From the NCBI GenBank assembly GCA_017962315.1, contig JAGCVN010000023.1:11738-75737 (forward strand): a DNA stretch of 64,000 nucleotides, in the 5' to 3' direction. The DNA comes from Kiritimatiellia bacterium (lineage in GTDB: Bacteria > Verrucomicrobiota > Kiritimatiellia > RFP12 > UBA1067). Position 1 is the first letter of the stretch. Every line of letters starts with the position of its first letter. A program made the translations under genes and the position numbers. Under the pieces are notes generated by a model. That model was not told the origin of the DNA. It searched no databases and saw only the letters and a list, made by a program, of their open reading frames with translations. Of the stretch, positions 50,821-58,303 are shown in pieces.

Positions 50821-52143
50821 TTACGACCAGCGGCGGTCGTTCGCCCATTCTTTGTCCCACGCCTCCGTGGAATTCCACGGTTCGGGGAAGTCGGCACACG
50901 CATGTTCCGCGACAAGGGCTTCGTTCAACTCATCGAAGCCAAAACCGGGCTTGTCCGGGACACGGATGAAACCGCCTTCGTACGAGAGCGAGGGTACCAC
51001 GAGGTCGCCCCACCACGGCACGTCCACACTGTGGAGTTCGAGCGCCATGAAGTTGCGTGTCGCCGCCGCGACATGGACGGCCGCCATGCAGGCGACCGGG
51101 CTTTCGGCCATGTGGAGGTTCATCTGGACGCCGTTCTCTTCGGCAAGGTCGCCCACCTTTTTCGTCTCCAGAACGCCTCCGGCGGTCAGGAGGTCGGGAT
51201 GGATGACGGCGAGCGCGCCAGACTCCAAAAGCGGTTTGAAGTTCTCTTTCAGGTAGATGTCCTCGCCCGTGCCGAGTGGTGTCGTGGTCGCGGCGTGAAG
51301 CTGTTTCCACGCCTCCGTCATCTGCCACGGCAACACGTCTTCCGCCCAGGAAAGATGGTACTTTTCCAGTCGCCGCAACAGCTGGACGACATCTTCGTAG
51401 GGGATGTGGCCAAGGTGGTCGATCGCGATCGGCACTTCCCATCCGATCACCTCGCGTACGTCGGCCATGTACCGTTCCAGCGTGTCTAGCCCCTTCTCCG
51501 TGATGTGGATTCCGGTGAACGGGTGGGCGGTATTGAAAAGGTCGTATGCCTCGCCGCGCATCGCACGCGGGTCGATGGAACCGTGCGGCGTCTGCACAAC
51601 GTGCTTCATCTTCTTCATGTAGTCGAGATAGCCGAGGGGGGCGATCAACGCGCCCGGCACGTCCATCAACAATTCGATGCCGAGATCCATCTTCAGGAAG
51701 GTGAAGCCGCGCGCCATGCGTTCGGCAAGCGCCTTGCCCATGTCGCGCCCGCCGCCTTCGGAGTCCGTGTCGCAGTAACAACGGATCTCGTCACGCCATT
51801 TCCCGCCAAGCAACTGCCAGACAGGAACACCCCACGCCTTGCCGCAGAGGTCCCAGCAGGCGAGTTCAATGCCGCAGACGCCGCCGGCCTGGCGGGAGTC
51901 GCCCCCGAACTGCTTGATGCGGCGGAAAACCTTCTCCACGTTACAGGGATTCTCGCCGAGGATGCGGGATTTCAGCATCGCCGCGTAGGTTCGGCTGGAG
52001 GCATCGCGCACTTCACCGTAACCGACAAGCCCCTGGTTCGTGTACAGTTTCAGGAGTGTGCAGCGTTTCGGCGCACCGTCGATGTCGGCGAAACGCAGAT
52101 CCGTGATCTTAAGGGTCGAAGGGTTGATCTTGTTGATGTTCAT
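50821..52143 (-). CDS. Enolase-superfamily (mandelate racemase/muconate lactonizing) sugar-acid dehydratase-like enzyme
   Basis: Start ATG 52143: MNINKINPSTLKITDLRFADIDG..LLKLYTNQGLVGYGEVRD. Also FLKMDLG, PIAIDHLGH, AEDVLPW, TGEDIY and HPDLLTAGG, which fit the metal-ligand block layout of the D-galactonate/D-mannonate dehydratase subgroup. Confidence 0.75.
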   Translation of the reverse strand: MNINKINPSTLKITDLRFADIDGAPKRCTLLKLYTNQGLVGYGEVRDASSRTYAAMLKSRILGENPCNVEKVFRRIKQFGGDSRQAGGVCGIELACWDLCGKAWGVPVWQLLGGKWRDEIRCYCDTDSEGGGRDMGKALAERMARGFTFLKMDLGIELLMDVPGALIAPLGYLDYMKKMKHVVQTPHGSIDPRAMRGEAYDLFNTAHPFTGIHITEKGLDTLERYMADVREVIGWEVPIAIDHLGHIPYEDVVQLLRRLEKYHLSWAEDVLPWQMTEAWKQLHAATTTPLGTGEDIYLKENFKPLLESGALAVIHPDLLTAGGVLETKKVGDLAEENGVQMNLHMAESPVACMAAVHVAAATRNFMALELHSVDVPWWGDLVVPSLSYEGGFIRVPDKPGFGFDELNEALVAEHACADFPEPWNSTEAWDKEWANDRRWS

Positions 52144-52157
52144 AAACGACTCCTTCC

Positions 52158-53456
52158 TTAACAAGCGAAGTTTTCGGAACGATCTTGCGGAAGTTCCTCC
52201 GGGAGCGGGTTAATGCGATCCATCGGCTCGTCCGGAGTCTCCGCCTCGCACCCCTTGTACAGGTCGTAGACGAACATCCGGCACTCAATCGGGCCGTTGA
52301 AGAACTGTACCCGCTTTTTGGAACGCAGACCGACCTTGTGCGCAAGCTCGGCGTTCCCGGTAAGGACGCATCCCGTGTAGCCGGTACAGTGCTGTTTGAA
52401 GAAATCGCCCACACGGGTATAGAGCGCCGGCAGGTCGTCGCCCGCGCCGAGGCGTTCGCCGTAGGCGGGGTTGAGGAAACAGACGCCGGGGGGCGGCGGA
52501 ACTTCAGTCGCCGCGAAATCGCAGATCTTGAACTCGATCTGCTCGACGACGCCCGCCGCGATCGCGTTCAACTGCGCAGTCTCGATCGCCTCCGGATCAA
52601 TGTCGGTCGCCAGGATGCGCGGCATCGGGGTCTTGCGCTCTGCGGCGCGGGCCTCTTTCACGATGTCCTTCCAGATGTCTTCCGGAGAGGCTCCGAACCG
52701 GCGGCGCGGGTTCGCGCATTTCTCGCCGGGGATGATACGCGTGTAGCCTTTAACCGACTGGAAGGCGAAATGGCTCTTGAACGAGCCGGGCGCACGGTTC
52801 AGGGCGAAGAGGGCGGCCTCAATGGCGGGGGTGCCACTCCCGCACATCGGGGAAAGGAACGGCGTGTTCCCGTCCCAGCCGGACGCCAAGATACACCCGG
52901 CGGCGAGGGTTTCCTGGAGCGGCGCGGCGCCGGGCAGCTTACGGTAGCCTCGACGCGACAACGGCTCGCCCGTCGTGTCAAGGTAGACGATGACGGTGCG
53001 GTCTTCCCAGTAGACGTAGACCGACGCACCGTCATACGAGTTCCCCGAATCCGGCCGCGCCCCGCCGCAGTAGGTACGCATCCGGTCGGCGATGGCATCC
53101 TTCGTGACGAGAGATGGCAGGCGCGTGTCGCGGATGGTGGCGTTGTGGACCGTGCTGTGTACCGTGAAGTAGCCGTCCGCGTCCAGCAGGTCTTCCCAGT
53201 TGATGGAATACACGCAATCGTACAACTCGCGCTGGTTGAAACAGTCCGTCCGCAGCAACGGGGCGAGGACGCGCTGCGCAGTGCGCAGCTGCAGGTTCAG
53301 GCGCATGACATCGCGCATACCCCCCTTCGTGACGACGTAGTTCTCCTTCTCTTCAAGGATGGGATACGACATCCGTTCCAATTCGAGACGTGTGAACGGA
53401 GCCAAACCTTTCGCACAGGAAAGGATAATCGGGTAATTATTTTTCCAGAGGTTCAT
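52158..53456 (-). CDS. THUMP-domain class I SAM-dependent RNA methyltransferase (RlmL N-domain/YpsC-like)
   Basis: Start ATG 53456: MNLWKNNYPIILSCAKGLAPFTRLELE, LNLQLRTAQRVL (THUMP region), PMCGSGTPAIEA (motif I), FLNPAYGERLG (motif IV variant of DPPYG). Confidence 0.75.
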   Translation of the reverse strand: MNLWKNNYPIILSCAKGLAPFTRLELERMSYPILEEKENYVVTKGGMRDVMRLNLQLRTAQRVLAPLLRTDCFNQRELYDCVYSINWEDLLDADGYFTVHSTVHNATIRDTRLPSLVTKDAIADRMRTYCGGARPDSGNSYDGASVYVYWEDRTVIVYLDTTGEPLSRRGYRKLPGAAPLQETLAAGCILASGWDGNTPFLSPMCGSGTPAIEAALFALNRAPGSFKSHFAFQSVKGYTRIIPGEKCANPRRRFGASPEDIWKDIVKEARAAERKTPMPRILATDIDPEAIETAQLNAIAAGVVEQIEFKICDFAATEVPPPPGVCFLNPAYGERLGAGDDLPALYTRVGDFFKQHCTGYTGCVLTGNAELAHKVGLRSKKRVQFFNGPIECRMFVYDLYKGCEAETPDEPMDRINPLPEELPQDRSENFAC

Positions 53457-53536
53457 AGCGTACAACTCAAAAACGGGGATACTATACCACACCTCCGTAT
53501 CCGTGGAAAGCGGAAAGTAGGGCAGGAGGGGCGGCG

Positions 53537-55450
53537 CTACAGCTCGGTTTCCTGGCAAGACCAGAGGATGACACGCACCCCCGTCTTGTGGAGGCGTTCC
53601 ACCACCTGCGCCTGATACTCAGGATCCATCACGCACGTAAGGACGACCTCGCAGATCCGGTGCTCCTCGATGATCTGTTCCAGTTCGACCCCTGTCCCTA
53701 GGACGGGATACCCCGCGATCATGCGCCCTTTCAGCAAGGGGTCGTCGTCGATGAGCCCGATAATCAAGCGGTGCGCCGCGCCGGGAATCCGGAAAAGTTC
53801 ACGCAGATAGCCGCGCAGACGCAACCCGCCCCCGTAGATGAGGGTTCGTTCGGCGGCCTTGTCGAACCGTTGCACATTCCGTCCGAAAACCTGCACGACG
53901 GCCGCGAGACATTCGCGCCGCGCACGGATGATGGAAAGCCCCAGAAGCGAAATCGCGGCAAAGAGCGCACTAAAACGCAACAATTTGTGGTGCAGCTCGG
54001 AAAGCATCCAGATCATGCCGATGCTGATACACGCGCCCATGACCAGACAGAACCCCAGCACGATGTAATCGCGCAGCTGGGCGCGCGCCCAGACGCGGCG
54101 GTAGATCTTACCGACGGCGAGGCAGACGAACGCCGGCACGACGAAGAGCGGCATCCACTCCAGCAGCACGGGACGAGTGACGACGGGATCCGCGCGCGTG
54201 GAGAACCAGCAGACCAGAAAGACTCCGCAGAGGATGATTGCGTCAAACAGGATGGCGAGCGGAAGCGCGAGGTAACGTCTACGGCGGAAGGTGTTCGCCG
54301 TGAAGAGCTTCCCGGTATCGAACAACTCGATACACTCGAAATTCCGCACCACGACGAAAGTAGCCGTCACGAACGCGATGAAAAAGAGTCCCACGCCGCG
54401 ACCGCGCAGCAGAATGCTGCTGAGACCCAGCAACACGAAGACGGCCGTCAGACCGTAGAGGATCATCGCGACACGGCGCTGGTTGTTCATCGCCTCGCGA
54501 AGGAGGCGGTGGTGGATGTGATCCTTGTCCGGCTGCATCACACCTTCCTCCCTGCCCTGAAGCTTCGCGACGACACCTTCCGGGAGGAAGTGACGGACGA
54601 CGCGCCGCCAGATGGCGAGGAAGGTGTCGAAGATCGGGACCCCCATCACCAGCAGCGGCATGCCGAGCGAGGCCATCAGTTCCGTGCGCGTCCCCGAAAG
54701 CAACGGGAGCGAGGCAATGGTCATGCCGAGGAACATGCTGCCCGTGTCGCCGAGAAAAACGGAGGCGGGATGGAAGTTGTACTTGAGGAAGCCAAGGCAC
54801 CCCCCGGCAAAAATGAGGAACGGGAGCGTTTCGACCGGCCTTCCCGTAAAGAACAAAGCCCCCGTCATGCCGATCGACGCAATCAGCGCGATACCCGACG
54901 CCAACCCGTCCAGCCCGTCGATCAGGTTGAACGCATTGATGGCGCCGACGATCCAGAAGGAGGTTAGGAGGAGGTCGAGCCAAGGGGGGAAGGCGACAAG
55001 GATACCACCGCAATGGAAGCCCGCGAAATAAAGCGAGACGGCGACGGCAATCTGCCCGAACAGCTTGATGACCGGGCGCAACCCGACCATGTCGTCAATC
55101 AACCCGATAGTGGCGAGTACGAGGGAACAGCCGGTAAACGCGATCAGATGCGACATCCCGAACGTGCGGGTTACATACCCGCCGTGATACCAGGCCAGAA
55201 GCCAGACCGTCACGTTGAACGCAAAAATGATCGAAAGCCCTCCGCCGCGCGGAATCGGCACCTTGTTGATCCTCCGGGGATCCGGATTGTCCACGATCCC
55301 CATGCGCCGCGCGCACTCCCGGAACAGGGGCGTAAGCACGAGGGCAATGCCGAGCGAAATCAGGAAGGCGACAAGATACCGAAGGGCATCCGAGAACCCG
55401 TCACCCAACTGCGCCGCGAGCCACGGAAAATGATGTTCCAATCTATTCAT
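53537..55450 (-). CDS. WecA/MraY-family polyprenyl-phosphate N-acetylhexosamine-1-phosphate transferase (GT4) with an extra C-terminal membrane plus CoA_binding_3-like domain
   Basis: GT4 blocks: DNPDPRRINKVPIPRGGG, NAFNLIDGLDGLASG, VFLGDTGSMFLG, HIHHRLL. The C-terminal half has 4-5 more TM helices, then TLIYGGGLRLRGYL...LIGLIDDDPLLKGRMIAGYPVLG, resembling the N-terminal region of WbaP/CapD-type sugar transferases. The start overlaps the upstream stop (ATGA). Confidence 0.75.
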   Translation of the reverse strand: MNRLEHHFPWLAAQLGDGFSDALRYLVAFLISLGIALVLTPLFRECARRMGIVDNPDPRRINKVPIPRGGGLSIIFAFNVTVWLLAWYHGGYVTRTFGMSHLIAFTGCSLVLATIGLIDDMVGLRPVIKLFGQIAVAVSLYFAGFHCGGILVAFPPWLDLLLTSFWIVGAINAFNLIDGLDGLASGIALIASIGMTGALFFTGRPVETLPFLIFAGGCLGFLKYNFHPASVFLGDTGSMFLGMTIASLPLLSGTRTELMASLGMPLLVMGVPIFDTFLAIWRRVVRHFLPEGVVAKLQGREEGVMQPDKDHIHHRLLREAMNNQRRVAMILYGLTAVFVLLGLSSILLRGRGVGLFFIAFVTATFVVVRNFECIELFDTGKLFTANTFRRRRYLALPLAILFDAIILCGVFLVCWFSTRADPVVTRPVLLEWMPLFVVPAFVCLAVGKIYRRVWARAQLRDYIVLGFCLVMGACISIGMIWMLSELHHKLLRFSALFAAISLLGLSIIRARRECLAAVVQVFGRNVQRFDKAAERTLIYGGGLRLRGYLRELFRIPGAAHRLIIGLIDDDPLLKGRMIAGYPVLGTGVELEQIIEEHRICEVVLTCVMDPEYQAQVVERLHKTGVRVILWSCQETEL

Positions 55451-55860
55451 CGTCTTCCACCTTCTTTTTGTATCAGCTGCGGGTAAAGCTCTGCGAGGAA
55501 ATCCTCGAAACGGTCCACTGCCGCCGTCGAATTCAACGGTGAAGAGACGGTCATCGCCAACATGATCCAGCGGTTGACCCGGTTGTGGATGGAACGGTCC
55601 CAGACATCGAAGAGGATGCGCTCCGTATGCGAACAGCAGCTTCGGTTCCGGCTTTCAAACCAGTAGACCAAGTTGAACGGCGAACCGCCGCTCCGGAGGG
55701 CGGAGATGCGCCGCGCACGGATCACGCGCCCCCCCGGCAGACGGAACCGGAGGTTGTCCGCATCCTGCATGACGAACCCCTGAGCCGGAAGGCAGAGTTC
55801 CGCACGGTGGATACTGGCGCGCTGCCGCCCCGCGATGACCAGGCTCACCGAATAAACCAG
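55447..55860 (-). CDS. EpsI-family (exosortase-associated) domain segment, in frame with and separated by one TGA from the exosortase ORF
   Basis: SLVIAGRQRASIHRAELCLPAQGF matches the EpsI core H-x-P/A-E-x-C-L-P-x-x-G-W/F. The track ORF starts at GTG 55848. Codons 55860-55849 (LVYS) are also open and in the same frame as the exosortase stop at 55863-55861. Confidence 0.7.
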   Translation of the reverse strand: MVYSVSLVIAGRQRASIHRAELCLPAQGFVMQDADNLRFRLPGGRVIRARRISALRSGGSPFNLVYWFESRNRSCCSHTERILFDVWDRSIHNRVNRWIMLAMTVSSPLNSTAAVDRFEDFLAELYPQLIQKEGGRR

Positions 55861-57126
55861 TCAGTCCGTCGAGCGGTAGGTACGTTTCACGATCTCCGTG
55901 TCACGCGGCAGGTCGTTGAATTCGCCGAGCGAGATCAATGCCAGCGGATGTCCGCAGTTCGGACAGACCGGCCGCCCGTCCGACGTTTTCTTCCCGGCGG
56001 CGACTTCGCGTTCAAGGAACGACAGGAGGCACTGGTCGTTGTGGCAGAACAAGGGGCGGTCGCCCGTGAACTCGCCGACGTTCGCCGGCAGCGTGTGCGC
56101 AAGGAAATCGGCGGGGGCGTACTCCGGCGGCGGAACAAAGCGGTTGACCGCGAAGACGCTTAAAACCATGGCAAGGAGGACGGCGGAGACGGCACCGGTG
56201 TACCTCCGGGAGGCGGGCGGGGACGGCGGCGGCGCATCGGCGGCAGAGACGGCGGCATCCGACCCGCGAGGTTTCGCTCCGACCCGACTGAGCCATTCAC
56301 TGAGCGCGAACACCATCAAGACACCGACAAGGAAAATCGGATACCCGGAATAATCGTGGTAGTAACCGAGCGCGGTATCCTGCCCGAACCAAACCGCGAC
56401 CAGGCAGATCGAGATGATCCGCACCATGTTCCCGACAATCGCGACGGGAACGGAAAAGGCGAGTAGGAGCCAGCGTTTCCAGGGCGAACGAAGGAAGAAA
56501 TAGGCGAAGGCGGCGGTCAACGCCATCATCGCGAACATCGAACGGATCCCGCTGCACGGATCGGCGACATCCACGTTGAATTCCGCCCCCGGCACCCGCG
56601 AGAACAATGCGGTGCCGGAACGCTCGACGGCAATCCCGACGCCGTTCAACAAGGCGGTGGCGAGGGTGGTGGAGAACATCCGCAGGTGGATGGTGAAAAC
56701 ATCGAGGAAGGACGAGACGGGTATCGTGAACAGCAGAAAGGCCGCAGGGAAAGCCATCAGCCGCGCGACGCCGCGCCCCCACAGCGCGTAGGGGACAGAC
56801 CAGACCATCAGGATGAACGAGAGTTGTTCCATGCGCGACTGTCCCCCTCTGGCACCGAAGAAAGCCAAGACCAGCGCAAAGGCCGTGAAGAAGACGCCCA
56901 TCCAGGAGACGCCGCCTGCAACGGCTTTCCACTGGTCACGCTGCCGCCAGACGACGTACACCGAAAAGAACGGGACGACCCATCCGTGGGACATATCCTC
57001 GATCGGCGAACTGAACATCACCATCGTGTATTCAAACATGGCACGATAGTTCACAAACGCGGCCACGGCGAGAATCCCCACCACCAGCCACTTCATCAGA
57101 TTCAACCTGTCCGTTCGTCCGACCAT
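55861..57126 (-). CDS. Exosortase (EpsH/Xrt family) with a C-terminal TM helix and the beginning of an EpsI-type domain
   Basis: Family blocks: PIEDMSHGWVVPFFSVYVVW, catalytic-Cys block VADPCSGIRSMF, Arg block VGNMVRIISI. About 8 TM helices. After residue ~310 there is one more TM helix and LPANVGEFTGD...VKRTYRSTD, typical of the N-terminal half of EpsI. Confidence 0.85.
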   Translation of the reverse strand: MVGRTDRLNLMKWLVVGILAVAAFVNYRAMFEYTMVMFSSPIEDMSHGWVVPFFSVYVVWRQRDQWKAVAGGVSWMGVFFTAFALVLAFFGARGGQSRMEQLSFILMVWSVPYALWGRGVARLMAFPAAFLLFTIPVSSFLDVFTIHLRMFSTTLATALLNGVGIAVERSGTALFSRVPGAEFNVDVADPCSGIRSMFAMMALTAAFAYFFLRSPWKRWLLLAFSVPVAIVGNMVRIISICLVAVWFGQDTALGYYHDYSGYPIFLVGVLMVFALSEWLSRVGAKPRGSDAAVSAADAPPPSPPASRRYTGAVSAVLLAMVLSVFAVNRFVPPPEYAPADFLAHTLPANVGEFTGDRPLFCHNDQCLLSFLEREVAAGKKTSDGRPVCPNCGHPLALISLGEFNDLPRDTEIVKRTYRSTD

Positions 57127-57152
57127 ATTTCCCCGTCAACAAACTTCCCTGC

Positions 57153-57881
57153 TCAGAACACGGCGGACGGGATTGAGAAGCGAAGCCCCTTTCCGTCGTG
57201 GAATGTAGCAACCTCGTTGACGATCGCCCCTTCCGGCCCCGCCATCATGAAATGCCAGGTCTCCGGACCGGCAAGCTTGCGGGCGCGTCCGTCGGCGGTC
57301 CACTTTTCGACGTGGACGCTCTTCAGGTAGGGAAGCTGCGACTTGGCGAGACGCGCCTTGACTTCGGGGAACTTGTCAAGATTCGGTTCGCCGATTTCAC
57401 TGAACCCGTAGATGCTCCCCTTGCGCACCAGCCAGCTCTCGATCTTGCACGGGATGGGACGCCCCGTCTCGCGGTCTACCGTCTTGAGATGCCGGTGCTC
57501 GCAGATGGACTGGAACGGCAGAAGGAAGATGTCGTGGTTAAAATACCCCTCCGCCTTCTCGTTGACGTAGATCACGCCACCCATGCCGATGGCGGCGAAA
57601 TCACCCTGCGCGAAATCCGTCACCCAGAAATATGGCGTCTTGCCGTCCGCCATCGTGTCGGCCTTGAACGATTCGGGGGCGGGCAAACCGAACCGTTCCA
57701 TCAGTTCGAAATACGCCTGTTTTGCCTTCTCTTGCGAGAACTTCCCGTCCGCGTAGAACTCCGTGCTCCGATACCGCTTGACCTCCGCGCCGCAACCGCA
57801 GGCCGAATTCGGGGTACGGCAGCCGCCCACACCCCCGATGCTCCCCGCGACAAGCAACGCAAGAGAAAACCATTTCATCAT
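57153..57881 (-). CDS. Lipoprotein, possibly a cupin-fold sugar isomerase-like protein (D-lyxose isomerase-like pattern)
   Basis: Lipobox-like MMKWFSLALLVAGSIGGVGGC. Pattern LLPFQSICEHRHLK...CKIESWLVRKGSIYGF resembles the Q-x4-H-x-H...K-x-E metal-site layout of D-lyxose isomerase-type cupins. This is a weak call from memory. Confidence 0.3.
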   Translation of the reverse strand: MMKWFSLALLVAGSIGGVGGCRTPNSACGCGAEVKRYRSTEFYADGKFSQEKAKQAYFELMERFGLPAPESFKADTMADGKTPYFWVTDFAQGDFAAIGMGGVIYVNEKAEGYFNHDIFLLPFQSICEHRHLKTVDRETGRPIPCKIESWLVRKGSIYGFSEIGEPNLDKFPEVKARLAKSQLPYLKSVHVEKWTADGRARKLAGPETWHFMMAGPEGAIVNEVATFHDGKGLRFSIPSAVF

Positions 57882-57967
57882 AACCGAAATCCTTCCATAA
57901 AAAAGTGAAAGTAAGTATACGCCCGATTCCCATTCCTGTAAATCTCAAAAATTTCTGTAAACTAGCG

Positions 57968-57997
57968 TTGCCTAACAAGTCCGTTATGCGGTAAGAT
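57968..57997 (+). promoter_or_regulatory. Candidate promoter upstream of the ferredoxin gene
   Basis: TTGCCT (57968-57973), 18-nt spacer, TAAGAT (57992-57997), about 64 nt upstream of ATG 58062. Confidence 0.3.
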
Positions 57998-58061
57998 AGA
58001 CATTGAAACGGGGGGGACAGGAGTTTGGAAACTCCGCCCCTGTGCGAAAAGGAGTAACGAA

Positions 58062-58235
58062 ATGGCATACAAAATCGATACTGAAAAGTGTCTCGGCTGT
58101 GGCGTCTGCAAAGACAATTGCCCCTCCGAGGCCATCGCCCAGGACGGTGACAAGTACAAGATCGACGCAGCGACATGCGTGGATTGCGGTGTCTGCGCGG
58201 GCAACTGCCCCGCCGAAGCCATCGCCGCCGAGTAA
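58062..58235 (+). CDS. Small 2x[4Fe-4S] ferredoxin (57 aa), absent from the ORF track because it is under 60 aa
   Basis: Hand translation gives MAYKIDTEKCLGCGVCKDNCPSEAIAQDGDKYKIDAATCVDCGVCAGNCPAEAIAAE then a stop. It has two CxxCxxCxxxCP motifs and a strong RBS (AAAAGGAGTAACGAAATG). Confidence 0.85.
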   Translation: MAYKIDTEKCLGCGVCKDNCPSEAIAQDGDKYKIDAATCVDCGVCAGNCPAEAIAAE

Positions 58236-58303
58236 GCGACCCAGCTTGACGCCCGTCAGCCTTCTGGCCGGCGGGCGTCAAGTGTTTTCCAAGGGAGGAA
58301 GAG

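Noticed and set aside
49620-52143. A complete restriction-modification system around the DNA methyltransferase.
   Set aside because: The only neighbours are an enolase-superfamily enzyme and a convergent radical-SAM tRNA enzyme. No nuclease-like ORF is present, so the methyltransferase is called orphan.
55861-55863. Reading the in-frame TGA of the exosortase/EpsI gene as selenocysteine, or as evidence for an alternative genetic code.
   Set aside because: TGA is used as a normal stop by many well-supported genes in this window, for example at 910-912, 7138-7140 and 40825-40827. I could not see a convincing SECIS-like hairpin right after the codon. Sec or Trp at this position of EpsI has no known rationale. 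I kept it only as a nonsense, read-through or sequencing-error question.
58004-58040. Possible structured 5' UTR element (GGAGT-TTGGAA-ACTCC flanked by G and C runs) before the ferredoxin gene.
   Set aside because: It is only a 5-bp stem with imperfect flanks. That is too weak to call a riboswitch or attenuator by eye.
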